From Lingula anatina (Eukaryota > Animalia > Brachiopoda), in NCBI GenBank assembly GCA_051362555.1, contig CM120640.1, positions 65,264,788 to 65,328,787 of the forward strand: a stretch of 64,000 nt of DNA, written 5' to 3'. The position numbers and the translations under genes were made by a program. Of the stretch, positions 51,671-64,000 are shown in pieces. Numbering within the stretch: the stretch's first letter is position 1; each line of letters starts with the position of its first letter. The notes beneath the pieces were generated by a model. It did not search any database. It was not told the DNA's origin and saw only the letters and a program-made list of their open reading frames with translations.

Positions 51671-54600
51671 AGCAAATGCCTTACCGTGAATTTTGTATTT
51701 GTCGTAACACCTCAGGATCTTCAAATATTTTGACAACTGGCTCTGTGTCTGCCTGTAACTTCTTCAATTCTGATACCACCTCCCCACGCTTATCTTTGAG
51801 TGCTGTAAAAGATATCCAAGTCTCCCCTCCAAGATCTGGAACAAAAATTGTCAAAATAAATATTCAGGCGCAATTCATGCCAAACTGATATATGTTGCAA
51901 AAGTGAAGTAAGTCAGATGGGAATCAGCAACACCAATTTTTATGTCACAAGTTTCCAGGACAATACATCACATGTTGTCTGCTGGGAAAAGAAATGTCAT
52001 TAGTTAAAGGGATAATAACTCTTCGTTTCGGCCAAAAAATGAATTTTCCTGGAGTAAACAACAATTTTCCCATACTTACCAATGGTTAATGAATCCATTT
52101 TTACATTCAAAGTTAGTCTCTGGTTTTTTTCTAAAAAGTTTGGTTTTTTGTTAAAATCTCTGAAGGGATTTTAACATAGTATAGTCATCAATGGGTCACG
52201 TGGTCTAAAGACAAGCTCAGATATCAGAATAATAGCTATAACTGCTGTTTTTGTGGTAAAACAGAATATATAATATTTCTGTGAGTTATTCACAATGTTT
52301 TTATTGTGAAATATAGATCTCATACGAAGAGTTATTATCCCTTTAACTGAAACTGTAACATATACATCAAGTCTTTTACAAGGCCAGTTTACAGGGTTAT
52401 GTAATCTAACCTCTGTTTAGATAACCTGTGCAATAATCAATGGAATCCTTTGAGAAATGTAAGTACTTTGCTCTAGATCCATTTACAACAATAGCATTTT
52501 TATGCAAAATCAATATGCCAGAAATGACTGTACAGAATTGTTTACTCAAATAAATAAATAAACAGACAAATAACACACTTAAACTGTCACTTGAATTAAG
52601 TTTGTTAAATACCAAAAATTTGTTGTGGACCCCAGAAAAACCCAGTATACAGTAGCTGTGTTAAATATAGTACAAAAAGAATAGCTGATGGTAATTAATT
52701 TCTATTTCAGCATTAATAAAAACTGTACCAGTTCACCAGTGTTTTTTATGAAAGGGAAATTTTTGTTCACAACAACATTAGGCACATATGCGTTGTGTAC
52801 GAATGAAAAGCTCAAATTTTAAGCAGCATTCTTTTCTAAGTATGAATATAAAAAAAATACAGCAAGATTACAAGACACATTTAAAAATGTTTTCTAAAAA
52901 TGCACAGTTTTAGCTTACAACAAAAGGGGCACATCAATGTTTTCTCAGAATATACAGTTTAACCTACAGCAGCTTGAGGTGCAAAATGTAAGAATGAACA
53001 ATGACACTGGGTACACAAATGTTTTCAAAGAATACATGGCATGTATGGTCAATCTTCAACCATTGTAATCTGATCATAGTACATTCATAAAAGACATATA
53101 TGCAGGAATTTCTCAGTCATAAGCATTTTTAATAAAGAATACAACCATCATGACTAAGATATATGACAAAACGCTTTACCTTGTGCAACACTGACAGAAG
53201 TTGGACTTCAATCACAACAATAATACTCACCAGATCCATATGGCACAGAATACAATGTAGTCATAGATCAGTAACAAGATGGTGATTACCATATTTTTAC
53301 GAAACCACACATTGGTTATACCTTGGACAACATTTCTTTCTTTGTTAATTGGTAAAGTAAACAACTTAAGGATATCAAATTATCTATACTAAATATTACA
53401 AAATGCTAAATGTAATAGAAAAAAGGTTTGTACAATTCACAACATAAATTGTAACTTAGTAATTTTTACCAAGTAAAAATCTTAAAAATGAAAATAAAAC
53501 CTAATGTGAACTATTCAGATAAAAAAATCACCCCCACATTGATCCAACAGTGACCAACACACTGCTGCACTTGCCACAACCAACACAGTGGCACATCTGG
53601 CACACTGACATGGTCTTTATGCTGACACCTACTCTGTGGAACTTCATCCTCTGGGTAGAGACTCTTGTATACATCCATGGCAAAATCCACCATATTTGTA
53701 TTGCTCAGCAAGTCCAGTTTCCCTTTCAGCATCTCTTGCTCATCATACAACTAAAAGAATGCACAGACAATTTCTTTAAACAAACAGTTGATAATAAATT
53801 GCCACTGGTTAACAATCCTTTGACTTCATAATATAATATATCATAACTTCAATAATAATCTCTTCCATACAAACAAAACTTTACTTTAAAAAACTAAATT
53901 TTGAAAGTGGGATTTACCAGCCAGATGAAACATAATAGAAATCTTTCATGATATCAATTCATAAAATCTGCTCTATACATTGAGGTACCAGAATCTACTG
54001 AACAATAATATTTTTTGGAAAAAATGTGTTTAGTTCTTTATAGCTAAAACAAAATAATATTAATAAAAACTTGGAATTAAAAATTTAAAAAGAACAATAT
54101 AAAAAGACAGGAACAAAATTAAAACAAGAATTTCAAAGCAACATCAACAGCAATGCATTTCCAAGCTCAGCTGATTGCCAAAGTTTAGGAAGAACACAGA
54201 ATCGGGATTAATTTTAAAACTCATGAACTGTATTATAATGTACTACAAACAAGCCAATTGTAGTTCTCAGTTCCACCATTTATTTCAATGTTTCTTCTTA
54301 AATGAGTGTTCGTCATCTCATAGAATGGTCTGAGACAAGGGGACTATATTGAATAAACAACAAATGTTATTATTCCTGTTATTAGACAGAAGAAAGTACA
54401 GCATTAACCTTGGCAAGCTGCTCTCAGTTTGGAGATGCTTTGTATTGTTGTCAGTTTTCTGAGTAAGACATGGTGGCTAGTAATTCTAAAAACATTTTTA
54501 ATTGTCAATAAGGATTCTCCTCAGGTTGATGTCAGATCTGTTGATAACAATGCAGTAGACAAAATTTGATAACAAATTCAACTTAATGCCATATGGTATA

Positions 54601-54969
54601 AAATTCTATGAAGAAAAATGACAAAGGAATTACTATTTCAGCCTCAGAACTAGGTTATGAGAACAAACATTCAGCTGTCAAATAAAGTTTATATTTGTGG
54701 ACTGTCTATGTTTTAATAATTAAGCATCCGTCGCCTCTACTTCATTTATGATGTGACCATGCAGTCGGCTGATGTCGAGGACACAGGCTATATACAAATG
54801 GTAGGTTTGGTAAAGTAGTTCATCACTTTATGGTTCTTGGTCTCATTCCTGTTTTGAAACAGAGGTAAAGAAAACTTACCCCATTTGCTGATAAGAATTC
54901 CAATAAAGGAAAGACCATATGACGGTCTAAATATTGGCCCATGCGGCTTGTCAAGTCGAATTCCGCCAT
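43225..54969 (-). CDS. EIF3E: Eukaryotic translation initiation factor 3 subunit E (INT6), 13 exons, 439 aa
   Basis: Exons 54880-54969, 53633-53750, 51685-51802, 51433-51475, 51070-51174, 50638-50763, 50221-50345, 49895-50012, 49210-49311, 48902-49011, 48069-48171, 47587-47718, 43225-43254 (1320 nt, open frame). Motifs [117 protein letters not shown]. The last exon (GPQWGGQEF*) is the least certain. Confidence 0.96.
43426..43900. repeat. Degenerate ~21-bp minisatellite (TTCACACCAACCTAGAATGGA-like) interrupted by a MITE-like insertion at ~43457-43770
   Basis: Repeat units at 43426-43455 and 43772-43895; the insert has TATTCCGAAGG / CCTTCGGAATA inverted subterminal repeats. Confidence 0.55.
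49431..49541. mobile_element. Palindromic piggyBac-like MITE in eIF3e intron 8
   Basis: TTAA|CCCTAAACAGCCCCAAGCTAAACATAAAAATGTAT...ATACATTTTTATGCTTAGCTTTGGGCTGTTTAGGG|TTAC; almost the whole 111 bp forms a hairpin. Confidence 0.7.
52008..52342. mobile_element. Kolobok-like non-autonomous DNA transposon in eIF3e intron 2
   Basis: TTAA|AGGGATAATAACTCTTCGT...ACGAAGAGTTATTATCCCT|TTAA: perfect 19-bp TIR, TTAA target duplication and purine-purine termini. Confidence 0.8.
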
Positions 54970-55285
54970 TTTGACGAGTGCGTGAGAGCAGCTTCGCATT
55001 GAAGAAGAACTAGCTTTGTAATTGGTTATTAGTTTTACAAATTCTTCCGCAAAAATTTTCAATTCTTTAATTATTGCAAAACTGGTCAATTTAGAGAAAC
55101 CGTCTGATTTCCATAAACTTTGGACACTTATTTATTCGAAATGCTATGACGATATAGTTTGTGATCATTGAAAAGAAGGTTCCTAGAACTATTTTTCTTC
55201 AGCATAATGTAAATATCTTTAAAAATGTTGTTGGGGATAAAAATGGGACGTTAAATATTATCTGAAGGGTGAAATAGCTTTCAAG
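54970..55285. promoter_or_regulatory. Bidirectional promoter shared by eIF3e and RNF146
   Basis: Divergent ATGs separated by only 316 bp; YY1-like AAAATGGCGG over the eIF3e start codon, pyrimidine tract TTCTTCTTC (55001-55009, minus strand) and CCAAT (55021-55025, minus strand). Confidence 0.7.
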
Positions 55286-56751
55286 ATGGACCAAAGAAGG
55301 GTCCAGACTACTCAGCCGCGCAAGGTCGTTCCCAACACAGTGAAAGAAGTTGCGATAGTAGAAAAGAAAGGGGGCATAGAGGAAACGCAAGAAGGTGAGC
55401 CCCCATTTTCACGTTTCAAAATTCGACTTTTTAATATAGCAGCACATCAAAGATTATTTCCTCGAATCCGAGACCGGAGGCTCTGCAAAAAATGGATAAT
55501 GTATTAAACAGGGCTATTCCAATAGCATAAATATCATCTTCTTTGTATTCACTCTGGCCTGGCCTACACTAGTAACAACCCCTGTTATTGTTTTTGTATT
55601 CACTCTGGCCTGACCTTAACTACTTTGATTTGGATTGACTAAAGAAGGAAAAAACTTGGCCACTCACTTTTTAACAACCCTGATCACTGTAACTCACAAT
55701 TGGTAATCAGTTGAGATGTTTTTGAAAGATAATGAAACCAATCTATCTATATTCTTATTGTGTATTTGCAGTGCCATCCTCTGCTGGGGAGGTGGTGTTG
55801 GAATGTCCAGTGTGCCTGCAGACCTGTGTCCATCCTGTCAAACTGCCCTGTAATCACATCTTTTGCTTCTTGTGTGTGAAAGGAGTAGCCAACCAAAGTA
55901 AGCGGTGTGCGCTGTGCAGGACAGAGATCCCCACTGACTACCTGTATCGCCCAGCTCTGGTGAAGGTAGAGGAACTAGAGAGGAGTGTGCCACAGGATGA
56001 TGATACCTATCAGTGGTTCTATAAGGGAAACAATGGCTGGTGGCAGTATGATGAAAGAACCAGCACTGAACTGGAAGAAAAGTTCAAGAAAGGGGAAACT
56101 GCCTTTGAGTTATTGATAGCTGGGTTTTTGTATGTCATAGATCTTGAAAATATGTTACAGATAAGGAGGAATGAGCCTGCTAGAAGGAGAAAGATAAAAC
56201 GTGACTTGTCATCTGCCCCAAAAAAGGGTGTGGCTGGTTTAAAGATATGCAGTTCCATGCCACAGGACAGAGAGGGTGCATATGGGAAGGAGGATACAGC
56301 AGGTGCAGTTGGGGGGTCAACTACCACTAAAAGCCATTCTTCTACTTCACTTGCTACTGCTCCCTCTAATCCAGCCCCACACCAAGTTAATGCCAACATA
56401 CAGGCAACTAGCAGCTCAAACTCACAGCTGCCATCACATACATCTGGTGCCCCCACCTCTCAGCTGCCAAACCCCACTGTGTTTCCTGATAGAGCTCTCC
56501 CTCCCAGTGATGACATGGTCGCTGGTGTGGGGCGGGGCCTTCATAATGTTAGTTTACAGGACTCTGAAGATGAAGAGGATAATGAGGACAGTGATAATCA
56601 TGGTGCTAGGAGTAGTGAGGAGGAGGAGGAGGAAGAAGAGGAGGAGGAAGAGGACAGGAGGTTACACCAAGAAAGGAATCATGTTGTGCAATCTTCCAGT
56701 CTGCTGAGGAGAGAACCAATACAGGGCCAGGAGGGCACTGGTACACGCTGA
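55286..56751 (+). CDS. RNF146: E3 ubiquitin ligase RNF146 (Iduna): RING plus WWE PAR-binding domain, 362 aa
   Basis: Exon 1 55286-55394 (donor G|GTGAGC, phase 1) plus exon 2 55772-56751. RING CPVCLQTCVHPVKLPCNHIFCFLCVKG...RCALCR; WWE YQWFYKGNNGWWQYDERTS...LIAGFLYVIDLENMLQIRRNEPARRRKIKRD, then PKKGVAGL; acidic tail. Confidence 0.95.
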
Positions 56752-57512
56752 ATACACTGTGGAATAACATGATTTTGATAACATTGATGAGCAACAAGGA
56801 ATAAACTTCATGTCCCTTCCCTCCTTACTCAGATATGATCTGTGTAAAATTAATAACAATTGACAACATTGTATTTATAAGCTTGACGTCAGATATGGCC
56901 TATTGTCCTATTCAAGTAAACTAAATGTTGTCAGCTCTTTGTATATAGTTGAACATGATGGTCTCACTGGTGATGAAGGTTTATAATTTGTCACAACCTT
57001 TGTCACTATTAGGTCTGCTGTGCCAATAATGTTCACCTGGTGTTCCTTGTTCATCTGCCCATTTTGTCTCCAACTGGTGGTAACTGTTATGTCCAGTCTG
57101 TGATGGACTAAAAGGACGTAGAACATGAAGCAGTTTGGGTGGCTTGCTATTGATGCTAGTTTTGCATTTATTCACAAAAATGGTTATGCTTGAATTGTTT
57201 ATTATTGTATTTAGATATGGCATTATTCAAGTAAATTTGTCAAGTTGAACATAGTGAATGTTTTACACTGTTTAAGTGATGTGCAATGAACTGCTAAATA
57301 CCGGTTTTTAGTAATGTCTGCACTTTGTAAAAATCTTTTTCCATATATTCTAGTAAGTCTACATGAACTTCAATTTCCTTTTTTTAGTGCCCCTGCTCCT
57401 ACACCTGCAAAGTAGAGAGAATGGTCTAAATCTGTGTAGTACTAAGTAGACAGTCTATGGTTATGTTTGTCAGTACAGAAATAACTGCTCTGGTCTGAAG
57501 CATTTTGTACTA

Positions 57513-59451
57513 GGGGCATTCCGTGGTATTTGTTTTGCATTACGGACGGAATTTTGACACTTTAAAAATAAATTCTACAATAACTATAATACATAAATTG
57601 TTCAAATTTGGCAGGAATATTGATTAGTGCAAGCCTAAACTTCTGACCAAAAAACTTGAAATAACATCTATTAGTTTTTGAGAAATATTGGTTATTGATC
57701 ACCATTACGGACGGAAAAAAATGGACAAGCATTTTTATTAATCAACTTCAACTTCAAAACTCTGCTCTGTTTGTGGCTTTTTAAAGATAAAACTGCATTG
57801 ACATGACAATTTCATTATTCTTGTTACTAGAAATGTAAAAGGTTATTAAAAATTTTTTTCTTGTTAGGAAATTTTTGAAGTTTAAAAAATCATGTCAGAT
57901 TACGGACGGAAAATTACGGACGGAAAATTTGTCCACAGTGCAAAACTTACACAGAAGCCATTAAAAAAGTACAATTAATCATTTATTCATGGTAAAATTG
58001 AACTTTTTACTAAATATGTACATAATAGGAAGTTATTTTTGATGTCAACTCAAATACTTTTGTGAGCTATTTCAAATTACAAAAATCAACTACAGTCTAC
58101 ACTTTCATGAATAAGAGATCCCTTGTGTTCTCATATTGTCATTGTTTAAAATTCTGTGTTGAATTCTAATTCAGAATAGCTACATTTAAAAGTTCCTTTT
58201 TTTTTCATGCTAAAGTTTAAACACTGTTTTTATTCTGACACATTAAGTCCAACAGAGAATTTGTATCTCTTGCATTGGTCCATCACAGGGAATGGTACAG
58301 GTTTGATAATTTGGTCACTGGAAATCCATGCTCTGTCTTCTTGAGAAGGAAAGGCAAATAGTTTTTTTACTTGTCCTTTGCTCAGAGAAAAGTTACTTCT
58401 ATATCACCACCTTCTATGAATATAATTTGACCTAAATAAATGTTCTGAGGATATAGGATAATTTCAGGTAAGTGGCATGGTGCTAGAACAAAGGCCTGGC
58501 CTCTAGTCATCTTTGATTAACTGTGGTCAGTAATTATCTTACTGCTCATCTCCCAGGTATATACAACTTGTATATGACAGGTAAGTGATCAAAAGCACAT
58601 TTTATCTTCAAATTGCAATCAAAGTAACTGAAAATATCCAGGAGAAGCCATGATCACATGTGATCCTTAAGGTGCAATTTAAATGCCACTAATTGACAGG
58701 TGAGACAGACGTTGACAAGTCTTGCCAGGTAAGAAAAAGCACTTTTTGACTTTAAATCCTGCATTTTTGAATAATCTTTTTTTTTTTTAAATAAATCTTT
58801 ATAAGGGAAACAGTTCTTCTTTAGTTTTGAAATTCATAAATCAATTACTTGAGTATGCCACATGAAACCAATCAGTAGAAATGTTATAGCCAGGTAGCTA
58901 TGCCTTTCCGTCCGTAATGCTAATTTTCCGTCCGTAATGATTTTTTATTATGAAATTAATTTGTCTTCAAATATGTTTAAAAAAATTTTTTTGGGATATT
59001 TGGTAAACATAGGACTAGTATGAGGAGAATATGAAAGGAATTTTTTTTCTGCCAAGTAGTCTTTAAAAAAACTTAAAAAATAGAGCCCAAATCATTACGG
59101 ACGGAAAAAATGACTTTGGATTAATGATTAATTAACTATTTTTTAAAGATTTCACTTGATTTATTAAGTGTTTACCCCAAGGACTTGCTGTAATTTATGT
59201 CTCAATTGAAAGATATTGATTAAAATTTATTTTGAGTGTTATATGCAAAAAATAAAAAATTCCGTCCGTAATGCTAATTTTCACATTTTTCAAGTTTAAT
59301 GCGCTATAAAATCATGAATTCAAAAAATACAGATAAATCTTGTACAAATTATTATCCCCTGAAGTCTCTTCTTTCAGAAAATGCAACTTTTGATTGATTT
59401 TTGTACATTTGAAAATTTTATGCCCAGGACACAAATACCACGGAATGACCC
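57513..59451. mobile_element. Internally deleted Sola2-like DNA transposon
   Basis: ACTA|GGGGCATTCCGTGGTATTTGT...ACAAATACCACGGAATGACCC|ACTA: 21-bp TIR (one mismatch) and 4-bp TSD; eight copies of TTACGGACGGAA in both orientations; frameshifted minus-strand remnant (58234-58431) IIFIEGGDIEVTF/LSKGQVKKLFAFPSQEDRAWISSDQIIKPVPFP resembling a transposase C-terminus. Confidence 0.75.
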
Positions 59452-62400
59452 ACTATTAGATTTAATCAAATCACTAAATTCATATATCAAGGCACTTGTG
59501 TTACTTCCATATCAATAGAAACAAGAAAGAGAATCATACAGTGCCATTCACATGGTTGCATAAGTATTGCGACGGCCCCTGATGGTTGATGAATAGAATA
59601 TTTGCATCTATTTTCCCTGGGTCAGAGACGTGAAAATTAACCCAGAAAGCAGAAGTTGAGTTGAAGGGCATGCTCATTTACTAAATGTTAGAAGAAAATA
59701 TAATCTAAAACCTTTAGTCTTGCTTGGCTGTGCCTCATGTAAAATGTCCTTAGCATTTCAATATGTGACACGGACGTACTGGACTAACGTCAAGTAGGGC
59801 CTCTCTCTCTTTTTTTTTTTTTTTTTATGTGTGTGTGTGTGTGAGGTTCTGCCGAATTTGGTAGTTTAAAAGGTGAAAACAGAAGGCTGTGAAGGATTTC
59901 GGAGGGTTTTTTTTATTCTACTTTCAGTATTCTAAGTTCAGATATATAAAAAAATGGTATTATACAAAGGCAGTAACTGTAACAGCTGTGCTTGAAAGAA
60001 CAGAATATAGTGCACTTCAGCATGGAAAAAGGTGTATTCAACAATACAAATAAATGCTTACTGACCATCATTAGACCCAGTTTCAAACTCAAATTTTTAA
60101 AATTTCTTTTCATATCACATTACTTGGCCAAAGTCTAAGAGACTGTTGCATACATTTTATCCTTGCTTTACTGGTATTTCTTGGCAGAGGATATAAATTT
60201 AATTCCTTATTATGTAAAAGTTGTGAAGTGTTTTTCACGTTTGAACAGAAGATTTTTGACACTGAAAATCCCATTTGCTTCCCCACACGTGTTTCAACTT
60301 AGGTGATAAACCCTAGAACTGTGATGATGTCAGTACTATTGAATATTGCTTTGAATTACTTATGCCTTATTATCCCCTGGTTGGTTGCGGGAATTTATGA
60401 ATTTGAAGATAGTGACCTGCTTGTGGTATTGGATGCGTACACTTGGAACTAAAGAGTTGAAGATAACTTAGAGTACTCCCCCACTGTAATGGATTTTTAT
60501 TTTTTGTGTTGTAATTTGTGTATTGTTAATCTTCCAATGATATGTAAAATCGGATGTTTTTAGTGAAAAGGAATTGCTACTGCTTTCTCTTTATTTTGTA
60601 AAAGACACATTTGAAGTGATTAGCTCAATTTAAGGGCTACAAAAAATAGAAAACCCAACAATTGAGTATTTGCCTACTGTTTGCTTTATTTTTGCTTATA
60701 GGCTACATTCTAAAATTATCCTTCCTGTAATAAAAACCTCAATTTCATAAAGCACAGTAGAAGTGACTGACATTTAAAATGAAGCAGGTGCCTCCTTGTT
60801 GACAACTTTGACCGGTACAAACATTACTTCAAAACCAACTGAAAGTTAAACTGCATTACTACCACCTGGCATTTCAACATCTTCAAGGACGTGAGAAGAA
60901 AACAAGCTACTAAACAGAATTTGAGAAAAGTCATTTAAAAAAGCTCATTTCAGGAAATCGCAACCATTGCTCAGATGAGCAGAACTACTTACTTTGCTAC
61001 ATGTGGTGAGAAACCATTTTCAAAAATGTATTTCTAATCAAAATTTGACATACATGTTTATGTAAGCTATGTTTAACTTGTGTCATTTTTTTTTCTTTGT
61101 TAATGGGAAACTAAAACCCATAATGATGGAGTCTCATGTAAGGACTCTTCATAATCCTACAAAAATTGTCTAAATTGTAAATTTACCAAGCCCTTGTATT
61201 TACTACATAATGAACATTAAATTTTATATCATGGAGAAGACAAATATATACTGTTTGCAAGCAAAACCGGTCAACATTTCTTTTTTTTTTTGCCTATTTT
61301 TCATCAGTGCAAAATTACAGAGGAAACTTGAGCAGTTTTCAGCCTGTGCAGCATTGGCAGTGAACATTAAAAAGGCACAGTTTCAGTTTTCATATTTTTG
61401 CTTGCAGGTGAAATGCTCTTTAAATGATCATTCATAACAGAATGTTAAAGATGTAATGAACAGAAAAACTGAACCGTAACCTCAACTGAAATTTCTTGAG
61501 ACAAACACACATTTTCACACCATGTATACTTAAAGGTGTGAAATCTGAGCCTCTTTTATGTTGCCAAGTAACATAGGCTAACACCACAAATCACATCTAC
61601 TAACCACTTTTAGAGAGAAAATTCTTTGAAATAAAGCGGCACCAGTTTCTTTATTTAGGAACAACCCTCAAATTATTCTGAACCATTTCCTGGTACATTT
61701 GAACTATCAATCTGATCAACTTAACACCTCCAAAAATACTAAAAAGTATGTTTAAAGCAACTGTTTTTCTTTACTGACTTAAAGTGAAGTTACTTGTGCT
61801 CCCTGTATTTTCACTTTATATTTAATGTTATTTTAAGGTGATATAATCATCATGGCTTTTCCATTTGAACAAGACTCTCCAAAGAAACTGCTAAGATTTA
61901 AGACACAAAACACCAAAATTTCCATGTGTGGTCCTTAAAAATGTGGAAATATGATACAGAAATTCTATATATTTTGCTTAATTCAAAATATCACAAATTT
62001 TACCTCTATATTTAAATGTTGAGTTAAAGACGAAAAATAAAACAAACTGTAAAATGCACAGCAGGAAAAACAGTTACGTGCTGTCTGTCCTTATATAATG
62101 TCCTTACATCAACTTAGCTATAACTTTCATCACAGTCAATTGCTTCATTTCTCCCATTTCAATCAAGTTAATAACAGCAAAATACAATATAAAGCAATTT
62201 TTAGTTACAGAATCACAACAAAAATAGCAAAAATTACACAAATAAAGCCCCACTGTGTTAACAAGATACTTTGCACCTCTACAACAACCGAATAATGTTA
62301 ATTAAAAACAAAAAAATATTGTTTCGAGACATCTTCATATCTTGTTTTATCGCCAACCTTAACTCTCAGAGCAAAACTATGCTGCTAGAACCTTACAATA

Positions 62401-64000
62401 CAAAATCTACATTATAAATCACAATCACCTGTTGCCATTACTCATCACCTGGAACATATAACACATTTGTATATTAAATAAGAAAATAAATCATAACAAT
62501 ATATATATATATGACAACTCTGATTAACTGATATCCTGTTTTATGAGCTCTTAAAGACTGACACCAAAGTCTCACAAACCTCTAATTTCCACAGAGTATA
62601 TATTTATTTACGAGTTGCAACCCTCTGAAGTTTGATTAATATGTAAATGTATTTTACAAGTTACAAATAGTTTGAGCAAACCAGACACTGACCTACAAAT
62701 TATTGATGCAAATATTAGCAATCTAACTTTCAATGACGCCAACAATTCACTATAAAGGACTCTTAAGATGAAAAAGGTCAATTCTCAAGGCACTGAAAGC
62801 AAGTGTTACAAGCTTCATTCAGATACAACTTACAGTAACAAAAAGTTTACATGCAATGAGCATAAATTACCAACAATATTACAAGTTCCTGAACTGGACT
62901 GGCAATGGGTACCTGGTAGCACATGATGACTGACAAAGAAAGTTTGTTACATCATTTTCTTACATCAAGTGCACTCTGAGGGAGAGCAACGTGAAAACAC
63001 ATATTGCTACTACTGGCCACAGGGAAATAAAAAACAACATATAAACTTTGTTTGATGAAAACATAGGTTGACTTGGTATATATGGTTCATTGCAATATAC
63101 TGGCTCTTCCATCAAATTAGTAAAACCATGACTTAGAGGTAAAGCTTGAATTCGAGCTTGATATGAAAAATAATATCAAGTTAAGAGAATTGCTAGTAGA
63201 TCCATTGCAGTTATAGCAAAAAATAATAGAAGACTACAGATAAAGTTACCCAATTAGAAAAATATTAAAATCAATTTTACTGGCCTTATCTATACATCAA
63301 AATAGATTTTTGAATTTTCAACAAAGTATCCAAGACTTGAAATAGCACCAAGCCTTTGTTACAAGCAAAAAAAATAAATAAATAAATAAAAAATAAAAAA
63401 AGCTCTTTACTACATAAACAATATATAACATAAAATCAACAACATCAAATCTAACAGTAAGTGGCATATCTTAGCTGACAACATACTGGCCACTGTCTCC
63501 TTGTTCATCTGCTGTACAAATTACAACTAATTTTTTTGTGAAAAAATACATTAATCACAATAATATTCAGTCACTGAAATACCCCCCAAAACGATAACAA
63601 TATGAGACAATTTTAAAGTGAAATGCTACTGAATGCACATGAAAAAAAAAAAAAAAGAAGATATTAAATACATAAACATGCACAACCTGATTAGCCAGTC
63701 ATAATGGTGGCTTAATAATATAAGCATAATTATTTACAGTTAATTACTGCCTAGTTATGGGAATGGCAATATATGAATAGAAGAAAACATTTCTTTCATG
63801 GACTGGGAGCTAGGGGAATTAGCGACCTAAAAGTAGGTTTAATCATCACAATCTTTTTGATAAATGGCACATACAATACCTATGTGCTGGAATACAGAAC
63901 CATGAATAAATTAGACTCAAAGGTCAGTAATATGACTGGGCTCTATGAATGAATATTTCAAATTAATTCTGATTTGCTTAACCTAAAAGCAATAATGCAC

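Noticed and set aside
55732-55771. ORF-track start MKPIYLYSYCVFA for RNF146
   Set aside because: Intronic sequence ending in a TTTGCAG acceptor; the upstream phase-1 exon 55286-55394 provides the start
57540-59272. Repeated TTACGGACGGAA motif considered as a CRISPR-like array
   Set aside because: Irregular spacing, both orientations, only 12 bp long, and enclosed by TIRs and a TSD in eukaryotic DNA; these are transposon subterminal repeats
1-64000. tRNA, rRNA or prokaryotic operon features
   Set aside because: None recognised; all identified genes have spliceosomal introns

Overview
AT-rich, intron-containing animal genomic DNA, probably from an invertebrate bilaterian (inference; the species cannot be determined from this window). 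Exons were reconstructed by hand from GT-AG sites and reading phase. Left to right: (1) the 5' part of an SLC9C1/sNHE-like Na+/H+ exchanger (minus strand, runs off the left edge); (2) two orphan genes encoding signal-peptide-bearing, prepropeptide-like proteins (minus strand, ~7-15 kb); (3) a complete R-spondin gene (SP-Fu1-Fu2-TSP1-basic tail, minus strand) with two candidate alternative signal-peptide first exons about 12 kb apart; (4) a complete 13-exon eIF3e gene (minus strand); (5) RNF146 (RING-WWE E3 ligase, plus strand), head-to-head with eIF3e. Several non-autonomous DNA transposons and microsatellites are present. The main points of interest are the RSPO-EIF3E-RNF146 block, which joins the neighbours of vertebrate RSPO2 (EIF3E) and RSPO3 (RNF146); the dual-leader R-spondin; and the unrecognised Cys-loop secreted peptide precursors directly downstream of R-spondin.
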